A stretch of DNA of 64,000 nt from Chrysomallon squamiferum (Eukaryota; Animalia; Mollusca), in contig CM022670.1 in assembly GCA_012295275.1 (NCBI GenBank), positions 20,522,001 through 20,586,000 of the forward strand, written 5' to 3'. Both the position numbers and the translations under genes were made by a program. Below, piece by piece: positions 1 through 13,419 of this stretch (positions within the stretch are counted from its first letter, which is position 1; the number at the start of each line of letters is the position of its first letter). The notes beneath the pieces were generated by a model that worked only from the letters and a program-made list of their open reading frames with translations, did no database searches and was not told the origin of the DNA.

Positions 1-256
1 CTTGTTTTCCTGTTATTTTAATTGTTCTGCACCAACTATAAGATTTGTATAGCACTACATTTTGATTTCCAGTACGCACAAAACGTTCCTTGATGGAAAA
101 CAATAAATTTATATTAGAAAATTATGAATTAAAAATGTTTCTGTGATATGAAAGTATCTGGTACCGTGATATTAAAAGAATGAAAAAACCAAACAACAAC
201 AATGTTTTATTCTTTACCCAACGAAAGAAAATTCAAATATTTATGAATATAGTGTA

Positions 257-330
257 ATATAATATAATATAATATAATAATATATAATATAATATAATAT
301 AATATAATATAATATAATATAATATAATAT
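257..330. repeat. (AATAT)n microsatellite
   Basis: Direct reading. Confidence 0.9.
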
Positions 331-334
331 ATCT

Positions 335-800
335 ATATTATTACTGTCTAATACTTCAGCTGAAAACAGCTGTGATATTTATATTAATTTTATTTATTTG
401 GATTATTTGTTATAATAATTAATCATGTGAATTTTAATTTCTTATAATTATATTTTCTATTCTGCTTGCTACATACTGTGACATATAACAAGTTAATATG
501 TGTTTAAGGCTTTGGTTTATATCATTACTGTTATGATCTAGTGTTACTCTTGCAATGGAAATACAAATTTCGTTATTTTAAAATTTGCTATTCTTATCCT
601 TCAGGTAGAACACATTAAACCAGGTATTATAATAACGTTGTACACGAATTGTGACATTCAGTATTTTTATAAATGCAAAACTAAGTGTAGTAAGCTGAAT
701 TCAGATTTCTTCATCTTAAGATGAAAATGATTATGCAAAATAGAAAGTTCTTGAATTTTATCTTATTCCAGTGATGTATATAAAATTTAACATTTCTTTA
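335..800 (+). repeat. Copy of the gene-A-type 3' UTR/flank, implying another paralog just upstream of the window
   Basis: Aligns by eye with 13435-13870, immediately after the gene A stop (shared blocks such as tgtgtttaaggctttgg and aggtagaacacattaaaccaggtattata), and with 16585-16915. Confidence 0.75.
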
Positions 801-914
801 AAAATATATATATATATATCATTATATTATCTGATTTTTAGTTGCAACAATTTTCCTTCCACATATTGACTTATAATACTCCATTATTACGTCTTTTATA
901 TATATCAAATATAT

Positions 915-952
<38 letters not shown>

Positions 953-1494
953 TAGATAGATAGATAGATTTGAAAAAGGAAGAAAATTACAACAAATAAA
1001 AAAGTACATTAAATTATTTGAGTGATTTCTTGGTATATCTAAAAGGAACCGTTACAAAAATAAATTCTAAAAAAATTTGAATAATTAATGTAGTTTATCT
1101 TATCAAAACTATAATAAATATTTCAGTAATCTGAGCCAGTAACTTTCTTTTTATTTTTATTTTGTATTCAAAGAATAAGGCTTTAGTAATTCACTGCATA
1201 CACAAAATAACATTCCTTAACTCAGTTATGTAAAATCATGGAATCCAGCACAATAGTAGACTCAGATACGAACAAAAATTATTCATATATATATATATAT
1301 ATATCAGTATTTCATACTTCTCCCTTTTTTCCATTAGAAACCGAATATAAACATTAAACGCTCACATTTTCATTTCTGAGCCATTTAATTAGGTAATCTT
1401 AAAAGACTATTATTAATATGTGATTGGAAACACATAAAAGTTAAAAAGCCGCATAAACTTACAAGTGGTGTGTTTGATGTTATGTTGTAAGACC

Positions 1495-1720
1495 TGAGTC
1501 TAGGATCTGTCACCTGTCAATCAAAACATCGTACACTGAAAGCACCTATCGCAGTCATTGATGAATACCATGCCCCTACAAAGATTGAACAGATGTTGAC
1601 CAATCACAACTCCCTCTGTACTTCAGAGGAGTGGTTTAGGTGTGTATTTCTATACATTCACAGCATAATTATGTCAACGGGAAAATAAAGTAATTTGGAA
1701 GAAACAGACACATCTAGATA
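1495..1720. repeat. Duplicated non-coding block with CCAAT motif, second copy at about 17140-17365
   Basis: Shared cores gatgaatacca and cagatgttgaccaatcacaactccctctg(t/c)acttcagagg in both places. Confidence 0.7.
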
Positions 1721-1988
1721 CATAGTTTCAAAGCTGTACATAATTATTTTATGTATGTATGCCCAAATGTATGTATGTATGTATGTATGCGTGTCTCTCT
1801 CTCTAAATCTAGACACACATACATAAATTCATGTAAATATACACACTCACACAAAGACACACGCACACTCATATATATACACACGCACACTCATATATGT
1901 ACACACACACATACAAACACATATACATATACTCAGGAAATGAATCAAAAGAACAGATGGTGAGAGAAAGATTCCGATTATTTGGTAT

Positions 1989-3060
1989 ATACTGCTCAAA
2001 AGAAGTTAAGGGTAAAACAATATTTGTGCAAATAAAAATAAGATAATATGCTTTAACTGGGATGACTAATGACTAATTATTTCATTGATATCTCAAGAAC
2101 AGAACACACAAAACAGGAAAACCTTTCTTTGGAAACAATCCAGATGGAGAAAGTCATGCATCCACCAAAATGATGTTAGCATGCAGTAAAAGTGACAGTA
2201 ACTGGTGTAATCACCACTAGCATTTACACATTCTTGACAACGTTGGCGCATGCTGTTAACCTGGCGTTGAAAATAACGTCGAGGAATCGCTTGACATTTT
2301 GCAACTAACTGACCCAGTTGTCGTCAGGGACGTAATCTTACCGAACTCGCAGGCATCGTTCATCCCATGCATGGACTATGGCTGACAAATCTGTTGACAA
2401 ATGTGCTGAATGTTCTGCTGCAGGATTCTGAGTTGATCACGAAGACGCCATGCGGTAACATAACGCTGTCGCAATATCGTTATCATCACGAAACTGTCTT
2501 CTCGTGCTGTTGTTGATCGTGGTCTTCCAGAATGGGAGCAATTCTGAATAGACTTATTCATCCTGAACCTCTTCCAGAGTCTATTTATAATACATTTGGA
2601 CGGTAACCCGCGGATCTTTAAGTGTGTCCATTTTATAGCCAGCCAGTGGCCTTTCGCCTCTCTTTTAAACTCAGCTGTCGACGAACCATCTTCAATTGTA
2701 AAGGATAATGCTCATCCCTTTCATTGCTAAAATTGGCATGCATTGAATTACACTCATGCTAAACACGTGCAAATGGTTCACTAGATAACAAAGCGAGTCT
2801 ATCGAGGCAGGCTGTCAGTTTAGTCTGACTATGTTTTTGCTTCAAATCCATGAACAGGAAATCTGGGTTATCTTAAGAAATTTCTAAAGATGAGGACAAT
2901 GATTGTATGCCGCTTAATAACGTAACGACTTTAGTCCAAATGACAACACAAAGGTTAATATTCAAACCCTATCAGACCTAAAAAAATATATAAAATTAAA
3001 AAAACATACTTCCAAAAATTATCAAAAGGTTTCTTTGACCCTTACCTTTTTTAGTAGTAT
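1989..3060 (-). mobile_element. Internally deleted, decayed Tc1/mariner DNA transposon (about 1.07 kb)
   Basis: Imperfect TIRs: atactgctcaaaagaagttaagggt (1989-2013) versus acccttaccttttttagtagtat (3038-3060). Minus-strand transposase remnant starts at ATG 2689 (MVRRQLSLKERRKATGWL*...HSGRPRSTTAREDS...RQRYVTA) and ends with a Tc1-type C-terminus (NSMRQRCQECVNASGDYTSY, about 2200). Only about 500 bp of coding remnant remains and no DDE core is visible. Confidence 0.85.
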
Positions 3061-4384
3061 TTTTTGCTGTAAGTATTAGTTTATGTGTATGTGTGTCCCT
3101 GTATGTATATGAATATATGTATGTATGTATGACTTTTAAGATAACATAAAACCCTTTAGGGGAAAACAAGTAAGAAAAATTAGACGAATAGTGGGTCATT
3201 AGCTATCTGATGTTGTAATAACCTAGAAAGATTAAACAAATCTATGACGCACGGTGACACAAAAACTGACTTCAAACAGGAACGAGTGTTTATGTAGTCA
3301 AGTACAACACTTCAACACAATTCTAATTGTTTTCATTTACTGACCTGTATCTTAACTATTTATCACTTAACAAAATAGAAAAGTGCCAGCTATTATTACT
3401 GTTGTTGTTGTTGTCGTCGTCGTCGTTGTTATTCTTGTTATTGTTATTTTAAACTAAACTAGATTGAAATATCGAAATAAAACTTTAAAACAATTTAATT
3501 TTTGAATTCTTTAGTTTCGTTAAAAACACAGCTACTAAAAAGTTTCCTTTATGACACAGTTTTTCTTTTGATAATTGCACCACCATTATTGGTATTAATT
3601 GTATGACCGACAAATCTTTTAATAACAGTAACAACAACAAACAAATATAACAGTGAATATACAATATTCCAAATAAAATAAAATGAACTAGATAAAATAG
3701 AAAGAAAAGAAAGAAAGAAAGGATGTAGTAGTAGTTGTAGTAGTGGTTGTGGTGGTAGTAGCAGTAGCAGTAGTAGAAGCATTAGCAATAATAATAATAA
3801 TAATAATAATAAAGCAGCTGTAGTACTAGCTGTAGTAGTAGAAGCATCAGAAGCAGCAGTAGTAGTAGCAGTATAAAATATAGAACAAATATACAGGAAC
3901 AGACGTTTCAAGACGACACTACAGACTACATTAGCAATAAATGAAAGCAAATTGAACGTATCGACTTAAATAGTAAATGAAACTGAAACAAATGTGCATA
4001 CAAAACCCCACATACACACAAAGTCCACAACAAACAAAATACAATAAGAAAAAATAACATATCCCGTTTTAGACAAAGCTGAATACAGACAACAAAAAAT
4101 GGGAAAAAAAACAACCCCCAAAACACTAGTTATTGTAATATTTGTATTATTGTAATACCAGCATCACCATCATTATCATCATCAACTTTGATTTTTATTA
4201 TTTAAAAAAAATCATATTTCAATTTTTATACAAAGTACAAAAATAACAATTGAAAATTTATGACTGGATAGTCATTAGTTTTCTCTGTGTTCACAACGGC
4301 GACCTAATTACACTGACGACATTACATCCTGTTTTAAGAAACTATTATTCTTCCTGCTTTGTGAAATTCAAATCATTTGTAACA

Positions 4385-4460
4385 ATGGCGGCACGATGGT
4401 TTTATTATCTATTTCTTGCGTCGATCTTCGTGAAAATAGCAGAAATGTATGCCGCACATG
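4385..4460 (+). CDS. Gene A signal-peptide exon
   Basis: acaATGGcg start context, hydrophobic core WFYYLFLASIFV, 76 nt ending in phase 1 at G|GCAAGT. Confidence 0.75.
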
Positions 4461-7400
4461 GCAAGTATTTCTATTTATTTATTTATTTATGTACTTTTTA
4501 TTTATTTATTTGACGTTCGAAATAATTGATTAATAACTATCACTTAGTCTTATCTACAATAAACTGTGTAACTTCTGTAATGATAATAGAAAACATATTG
4601 TATGGTGGTATTTTGGCTTTTATGTGTGTTCGTATATATGTATGCATGAATATGTGTATATACGTATATATGTATGTACGTATGTATGCATGTATCTATT
4701 TTCGTGCGTACCTACATGTATTTTGCAAGTATGTATATGTATGTATAATTGTATATTTTTATCTATATATGTGTGTACATATGCGTCTGTAAGTATGCCT
4801 ATATGTACGTACGTATGTACTTATCTTGGGTATGTCTGTTAATCCGTTTGCTTCAGTTAATATTACTATTGTTGTTATTTATGTTGGTGTCCTTGTTCAT
4901 ATTTTTGTTTGGTGTTTGACCGTGGTGCTTTTACCACGTCACTGTTTTATTTCCTAAGCCTGTGGTTCTGGTTTATATGGTCGTCAATGTAACAAACGTT
5001 GTAGTGATCGTCATTGTGCTGATGTTTCTGCACCGTGTCCAGCATGGGATGGATACTGCTCAGGAAAATGTGAAGATGGCTGGAGAGGAGGAGACTGCAC
5101 AACGGGTAATTATTTCAAAGAGAAATTAAGCGAATACCGTTACTACATCAATAAACAGACGGAAATAAAAAAGAACATTTTTACATTAAAGTGATTTAAA
5201 TTTTAAATGAATGAATGTGATTTAATCGATCTCAAAAGCATAATTATGTTATAATAATAATACTTTATTATTACTTTGTTAGAAGATATTTATAATTTGC
5301 TCTTCACTTTTGTACCGAATTTTAAGTAAACAACATTTATCTAGCTATTAATTTGAAATATCTTATTACCAGCATGTTCTGAATTTGGAAGATACGGTGC
5401 TAAGTGTGGATTTGTCTGTAGCAGTCGTCACTGTGCTTCGTCTAGAGCTTCTTGTGATACAGTCACAGGAGACTGTGGACCTGAAGGCTGCGAACCAGGC
5501 TGGAAAGGAATCGACTGTAAACAAAGTAATAACACAATTATTACTATGTTAGTGCCCACAAACAAAAATCAATTTTCTGTAATAATCAGTAATTAGTACA
5601 TTATTTCTCGGTTGCAGAAATGAGTGCAAATGTTAATTAGAATCTTAAATGTTGTTAGTTCAGAAATATTTTGTGAAGATTTAATAAGAAAAAAGGTATT
5701 GCTGGGTGAAACATATTGCTGGGTGAAACAAAATGTAAAGATTTAACTGCGAGAGTATCACAGCTGTTTTCTATTTCAGCATATTTGGAAATATTTATTG
5801 GCAAAGCTTTTGATTTATCTTTTATTGGTACCTTTTTTCCTGCAAAACATTTTTTGTGGCTTATTTACTTTCTTTTCTATCTGTTTCTGGTTGTCTGTTT
5901 GTTTATCTATTGACGTATTTATTTATTGTTCGTTATACATTCATGATGAAAACCAGTTTGAACTCTGAATTTATATGAAATTGAAATCTATTATTCACTG
6001 TGTTTCAGCATGTGAGAGGAGAGTAAAATATGGACCAAACTGTAAAAAGTCATGTTCACATCGTCACTGTGCTACAACTTCAAACTATTGTCCTTTCACA
6101 AGTGGAAAGTGTCATGATGGATGTCAGCCTGGATGGAAAGGAGTCGACTGTTTGCAAGGTTTACAAAATTTGAATTTTTCGCTATTATTATTGTTGCATT
6201 TGATTTCTGTCTTCTTTAATAATTCACATATTGTAAAATGTATTACTGTGATATATATATATATATATATATATGTATCGGGCATAAAGTAATCTTACTT
6301 GTTGTAGTCATTTGAGACTTGAAGCTATTATACTCTCATAAGAGTATATGACTTTTTAATTATACCCATTATACTTTTACTTTTATTAATTATTTATTTG
6401 TTGCTTTTGTTTGTTTGTTTCTTTTTTATTCGTTTATGACAATATTTATTATCACACTGACATTACAAAATACGAATAAATTGCACATAAAAGTAACAAA
6501 TTTGACAGATAAAACGGTTACATATGCAAATGTATTTTGATAAATGATATATAATTATATTCTTAGGAATAGTCAAATAAAATAGTTTATAGGCGTAACT
6601 CATAACATTTATCCTTTAAAACTCAAATAATTTAATGATTAATTATAATAAATCTTTACGTCCGCTGGTATTATAAATATAACTAAATACGGAGATCATA
6701 CACGTATGGTTCATGTACAACTAACTGTATATTTATATATACAGAATAACATGTTGTTTTGTAATAAAATAGTGGAACTGTTCTGAAACTTATTTTTTTT
6801 TCATTTGTAACCTGTATCGTCTGTAACATTTTGGACGGATGTTTGCGAGAAACTTTAACTGTGTTTATGTCCTTGAAAATGTCTAAACACTAAAACATAT
6901 ATCTATATCTACATGGATAAACTATATCAGTTTGTAAAATCATTAGAAGAAAAATACACGAAAAGAACTGAACATCACTAAATCGAAAAAAAAGAAGAAA
7001 AAAAAAACAATGATTCGTTTACAATTAACACTGTGTTTAATAAGATTCATTCAACCTAAAATTTCGTACGGTTCAATAATTATATCTTCAAAATAATATG
7101 ATATCGACTGTTTTCAAGGTTTCAAAGGTTCGCATTTCTCTCTATTATTAACATTATTATTGCTGTTGCTATTTCTTTCTGTTCTTTTGTGGTTAAAAGT
7201 GAATTTTTACCGCATCTTTGATTCATTTCTGAAGCCTGTGATGAGGGATTTTATGGTAGACACTGTAACAAAAGTTGTGATGATCGTCATTGTGCTGTTT
7301 CTTCTCCGTGTCCAGAAAGTAATGGATTCTGCTCAGGAATATGCGAAGATGGCTGGAAAGGTCGTGACTGTTCAACAGGTATTTATTTTAATATAATTGT

Positions 7401-8265
7401 TTTTAACATACCAAAAAAACATTAAATTTGAAAATGTAAAAGAAATGTAATATCTGATATTCAATTTAATCTATAAAATATAAATAATTATTCCTTTCAT
7501 ATAAATGCTTTCAAATTACTGAGTTGTTATCTGAATGGTAACAACTGTACTGAGATGTTTTCTAGTTTGTAGTCAAGATTCATATGGCCCTTAATGTTTA
7601 CTGAAGTGTTCAGAAAGACACTGTATGGGAGATTCAAGTTGTAATCACATTACTGGGACCTGTGAAAATGGTTGTCAGTCTGGTTGGGGGGGCACAGACT
7701 GCAGAGGTAAATAACTAAATAGAAAAATGTCACTATCTCTGTGGTGTTCCATTTCTTCTACCCTTACAATTGCAGCAGTATCTTAATTAACTACATGTTA
7801 TTATTGTGTATGTCTTTTCTTGATCTATGATATCTTTGCATTGTATATATTCAAACAAATACACACATGGATCAGTTGTGTTAGTTGTCAAATCATTGGG
7901 AGAAAAATACATGCATAGAATTAACTTTATGCTTAATATTATTAATTCAGCCTAAAATTGTAAGCTGCTAAAGTTCAGTAATTATATCGCCAAAATAATA
8001 AATTATAATGTACGTTTTAAAATATGATACAACTAAATTTAAAATTATTATAAAAATTCAGTGACAAATGTCATAGCGGTCTCTATACCAGAGTGTAAAA
8101 GAGGAATCAACTACGGTTCTAACTGTGAAAAGAAATGTGCCAGTCGTCACTGTATGTCTACAAATATGAAACAATGTGATCCAATTAATGGTTCTTGTTA
8201 CGGACAGTGTGAGGCAGGATGGATGAGAGTTGATTGTACAGAAGGTAATACTGTCACAAGAAAAT

Positions 8266-8349
<84 letters not shown>

Positions 8350-11300
8350 AAATGTATGTTTGTATGTATGTATGATGTGTTTTCAGTTACGTAATTCATG
8401 AAACCCTGAAAAACATAATGTATGATAATTATTCTCTTTATTGTTTTCTTTATCTAGAGTGTAAAACAAATTATGCATATGGACCAAACTGTTCAAAACT
8501 GTGTTCACATCGTAAATGTAAACCGTCATCTCCTTGCAACAAAACATCTGGACATTGTGAAGGTGGATGTCAACACGGATATTTAGGAGAAGACTGTACA
8601 ACAAGTAAAGAGATTATAATCGAATTTTATTTAAAAAATATAAATATTAAATGTACTAACAGCATTTAATTAAGTAATATACACTTATTTAGTGATATTT
8701 AGCGAAGAAAAAGGCAGAATACAAGAACAAATATGAATTAAATAACAACCTGATATACAAGTTAATATATTTTTTTTCGTATGGTTTTTGGATGGTTTTA
8801 GAGTCTGAATATGTGTGTATATATATCAGGGCATGTGTTAGATGTTGATCATTTGTATTATATTTTTCTTCTAATTACTTCTGTAATTACCATTATTAAC
8901 TTTATCATTTTGATTTATTTATTTATTTATTTATTATATTTTCAAACTGTATTTCTGCTGTTAATATTATTTAAATAAGAAAATTTTGATTCAGTTATTG
9001 TTTTATTATTGTTATTGTTGTTGTTGTAGATATTTATATTTTATTCAGATAGACAACCAGTAACTTAGTATTTATTTATTTATTTATTTATTTATTTATT
9101 TTTTTATTATCAGTTATCGTACTTTCAGTACAATCGGTTCCAATCCATCCTATCTCACAGAGGCCATTTTTACATTCACCAGTTTCTCTACTACATGATA
9201 AATTATTCATGCAATGTCTGTCTTTACATATTATATCATTTTATCTACTTATTTATTTATGACTATCTATGGATGTCATTTATAATAATCTTATTAGTTT
9301 TGTTCAGTAATTACAATCATTTATATTTATTTCTTGCTCAAAATCATCATGGAATAAGAGATTAAGAATGCTAACAACTGTACTGAGATGTTTTCTAGCT
9401 TGTAGTCAAGATTTATATGGTCCTGAATGTTTACTGAAGTGTTCAGAAAGACATTGTAAGGGAGATTCAAGTTGTAATCACATTACTGGGGACTGTGAAA
9501 ATGGTTGTCAGTCTGGTTGGGGAGGTACAGACTGCAGAGGTAAATAACTAAATTTTTAACTTTTATTTTCTGCATGGAAAGGACTTGTCTTCTGTTTGAT
9601 CTTCCTTTCAAAGTGCAGAAGTATTCCGACTAATTACCCTATATATGCTGAGTATGTCTTTTTTTTGAATACATTTCAGCTATAATATCTCTGAGTAGCT
9701 TAAATATGAATATTGATAACTATATCAGTTTGTTGAAAAAAAATGGAGAAAAATACAAGCAAAGAACTACACAATATAAACATTATGCTTATATTTATTT
9801 TGTACATATCCGTGTAAAACGAAACACTCTAGAGTATCAATAACTCTATTGATATTTACTGTTTTAGGATGTGATAGATACCATTATGGTGCTAACTGTT
9901 CACTATCCTGCTCAAGGAGACATTGTAAAGGTTATCAGTCTTACACATGTAATTCTACAAATGGAGCCTGTCCCAAAGGCTGTGATTATGGGTGGCAAGG
10001 TGTTGACTGTACAGGTAAAATATTCAACATCAGTATTTTAATTTTTATTGAATCATCTTTCTACCAGAAAACTATCATAATAAAAATCATATCACTGGAT
10101 TGAAAACACACATATATGTATTTATATGATAACTTCACGAATTATTTCCATTAAGTGATACTTTTTAAATTTCTGTATTTATGCATTGTTGCTTTTAGAA
10201 TAATTGGGTAAAAAAGAAGACTTGTTTCTGTATTTCAATCATAAAATGATATTGAAAGTGTGTACTGAACAGGTGATGTTAGTCTGGACATTGAGTAATA
10301 CTATTTTATAAAATACAATACTCTAAAATATTTATAATAAATTTATAATAAATATTATTATATAGTTTAGATTAATAATGAATAACAGAGTCTTGAGTAC
10401 ATTCTCCTATACACATATGAATGTATACAAATGATATATATTAAATATATTATTTTTACCTTTTTTACCTTTTTCATATTTTACCCTAGAATGTAGGGAA
10501 GGAATAACATATGGTGCTGACTGTCACAAGAATTGTTCTGATCGTCATTGTGTGAAAAATTCAAACTGTGACAAGAAATCTGGAAAGTGTATTGGAGGTT
10601 GTCAGCCTGGATGGAGAGGATCTGATTGTTTACAAAGTATATACTGTAGAATAACAAGCAAATTAATATTAAATATTTAAATTGTGAACATAAAATTAAA
10701 TGAACTTTTGTAAAATAGTAATATACCTTTTAAGATATTATGTATTGTAATTAAATATATCACACATTTTGTGATAATGATTATTAAATACATACAGAGA
10801 AAGAGAAAGAGAGAGAAAAAGACATATTGTTTTAGAATGCAATTGGTAAGACATCTTGAACAAGAATGATGCATATGAAATGGAATATTGAATTTTAGGT
10901 TATTCTGATGTAGTATAGTTAAATGATATATAAATATTTCTTAACTGTTAGATTACTGTTTTGTTATTATTCTTGTTGTCTTGGAAAAATTAAAAATATA
11001 TTTTATTAAAATAATAATGAAATAAATGTCACATTTTAGAATGTGGTGCTAGATATTATGGAGCTAACTGTTCACAGCTTTGTTCAAAGTGACACTGTGA
11101 AGGATACACCGCAGCCATTTGTCATCATGTAACTGGATCATGTCCTAGTGGATGTAAGACACGATGGAAAGGCACTGATTGTACAGGTAGAGCTTTGAAC
11201 ACTTATATTAATTTTGAAATACTCTTCAAGATGTTGTTTCATGTTTTCATCATAATAGCAAAATTATGTATACAGTACACAATTGTGCTATTATGATCAG

Positions 11301-11651
11301 TTCCTAACTAAAAAAAGATATGTATCCTATGAATTAATATTATTATTATTATTTGTAAAAACAATGAGATCCATTGTAATGTAAAGCAATGATTTCCTAG
11401 TAATATAACTTTAAGTGTAATATTCTTAAAGCAAAGATTCAAGGATTATAGAACATGGATTATAGTAAAATTCTCTTTCTCTTTCTATAAACATCAGGCA
11501 GAAAAAAACTTATGTGAGAGTCTAATGTATTGTACTATGAAATATTGCAATAAAGCTAATGGTTATTGTTGAAGAAAAGGAAAATGTATTTCTTGATATA
11601 ACTATATAGTCAATTTCCTTTTAATACATTGTCAGTGATAATTATTTATAA

Positions 11652-11709
<58 letters not shown>

Positions 11710-12151
11710 GTAATAATTTTTAACATTCAAGAAAACTGTAACATCCATAATATTAAATATGGTTATTTAAGTTTTTAATGATAACATTAATGAATAAAAA
11801 AATCTGATGGAATGGTTTTAACATTTCAGAATGCAATAACACATATGGTACTAACTGTGGTTTAACATGCAGTGTAAGACACTGCAAGAACGACAACTCA
11901 TCATGCGATTCAAAGACAGGAGAATGTATTGGAGGCTGCAAGCCAGGTTGGAAAAACCTTAGCTGCACTGAAGGTAAGATAAATCTTTTATTAAATAAAG
12001 GAAATAAATCTGCTTACATTGTCGCTGAACATTTATCACACACTGATATGTATTCATGTATGTCTGTCTCTTTTTCTGCGGGTAATCTGTTAACGTTATT
12101 AATGTAGTATTATGGACCTAACTGTTTACTGCATTGTTCAAAGCGACATTG

Positions 12152-12185
<34 letters not shown>

Positions 12186-12428
12186 GTTGTGTGTGTGTGT
12201 GTGACTTTTACAAAAGTATTTCAGAATTTCGTTAAATTTATTATGATATTTAATTTCAGAATGTTCTTTTTGGGAGTATGGAGAAAACTGCAAATATGAA
12301 TGTACAGAAAGACATTGCTATGGCCGTCAAAGGTGTGATCCAGAGAGAGGTGAATGTGTTGATGGGTGCATTGATGGCTGGAACGGAATTTCATGTACTG
12401 AACGTATAGTGACAATTTACCTTTAGAA

Positions 12429-12490
<62 letters not shown>

Positions 12491-13419
12491 TAACAATAAC
12501 AAGAGCAATATTAAAATATATACACATTTAGATAGTCATACACACTATCTTTAACTATCTATATTCAAATTTTTCATATATTTTCGTCTTTATTTATTTA
12601 TTCACATTCAGTTTGATTATTAGTTCAATGATATATTTGTCTTTATATATATATATGTATATGTATATAAATTTCAGCTAAACCTTTGAAGACCATCAAC
12701 ATAACCTTAGTTGGTTTCTGTGTCTCTCTTGGAGTATTGATTATTCTTCTTGTAATTTCTGGTTTAATCATTGCTAGGTAAGCATCCCTTCCTCTACACT
12801 TCGTTTACATTTCTGCAAGTTAAAGGCAAATTTAGTTATCCTGTTTTACACTACTTTATTTTCTTAAATTTCTATTTATTGATATCTGATATTAAGAATT
12901 TTAAAATTAAAATGTTAAAGAAATCATATTTACATCGTGATTTAAAATGACTTTTGAAAATATCCTATATGCTAACATTATATATATATATATAATCTGT
13001 TTGTGATAATCATAGCATGGACCGTATTAATTTTGTTTTCACTTGAATGTCTTCACACAAAATAACGTTTCTTTGTTACCTCTTAAAGTTCGGTGTTATT
13101 TTTATCGTGCATGATAAATAAAATTAATATTCTCTTCTTTTTTTTATCAAGATTCGTGCTTAGAAAGCATTTACTTTGTTCGAAACGTGAACTGACAGAA
13201 CTGAAAGAACTGAAGAAAGAAAACTCGGACACAGACCACGTTCCTACGTACGACACGGCATATGAAGAAGTGAGCGATAAGAACTCGAATGCTGAACATC
13301 AGTATCAAAATGTGAGACAGTCTGAAAAGTGCAGCGAACCTGATACAAACACTTATGAAAAGCTAGAAAATGATGTGGTTGATGAACCTTCTCCTTACGA
13401 TGTAATCATCATTTCGTAA
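4385..13419 (+). CDS. Gene A: multiple-EGF-repeat type-I membrane receptor (MEGF10/SCARF/Draper-like), no lectin domain; two EGF exons carry in-frame stops
   Basis: Signal exon 4385-4460 (MAARWFYYLFLASIFVKIAEMYAAH, GC donor). EGF exons 4959-5105, 5373-5525, 6009-6158, 7235-7378, 7566-7706 (TAA), 8092-8244, 8458-8604, 9399-9539, 9868-10014, 10490-10636, 11040-11186 (TGA), 11830-11973, 12260-12403; all are AG..GT, phase 1-1, 8 Cys. TM exon 12678-12777 (ITLVGFCVSLGVLIILLVISGLIIAR). Cytoplasmic exon 13152-13419 with YEEV, YQNV, YEKL, SPYDVI. Confidence 0.85.
7566..7706 (+). pseudogene. Stop-containing EGF exon in gene A, duplicate of 9399-9539
   Basis: ggc cct TAA tgt (7592-7594) where the sibling exon has ggt cct GAA tgt. 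The flanking intron sequence is also duplicated and the splice sites are intact. Confidence 0.85.
8269..8346. repeat. (TC)n microsatellite
   Basis: Direct reading. Confidence 0.95.
11040..11186 (+). pseudogene. Stop-containing EGF exon in gene A
   Basis: TGA at 11090-11092 replaces R of the RHC motif, and GW has become RW. Closest sibling is 9868-10014. Confidence 0.85.
12108..12155 (+). pseudogene. EGF exon remnant truncated at a (TA)n tract
   Basis: Translates YYGPNCLLHCSKRHCN, then runs into (TA)n. Confidence 0.7.
12678..12777 (+). CDS. Gene A transmembrane exon
   Basis: tttcag|CT...AG|gtaagc, phase 1-2, about 24 hydrophobic residues. Confidence 0.85.
13152..13419 (+). CDS. Gene A cytoplasmic tail exon with tyrosine motifs
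   Basis: Within ORF 13093-13419. Acceptor ttttatcaag is phase 2, matching the TM exon. Confidence 0.85.

Noticed and set aside
1751-1963. Many short ORFs with HTHT, ERER, LLLL, IIII or SLSL runs here and across the window
   Set aside because: They are translations of microsatellites, with no splice or domain support.
11090-11092. In-frame TGA as selenocysteine or programmed readthrough
   Set aside because: It replaces Arg, not Cys. The other dead exons use TAA and TAG, and the exon carries further damage.
4385-13419. Assigning the symbol MEGF10, SCARF1 or draper
   Set aside because: There is no EMI domain or NPxY motif and orthology cannot be shown; only the repeat type is similar.
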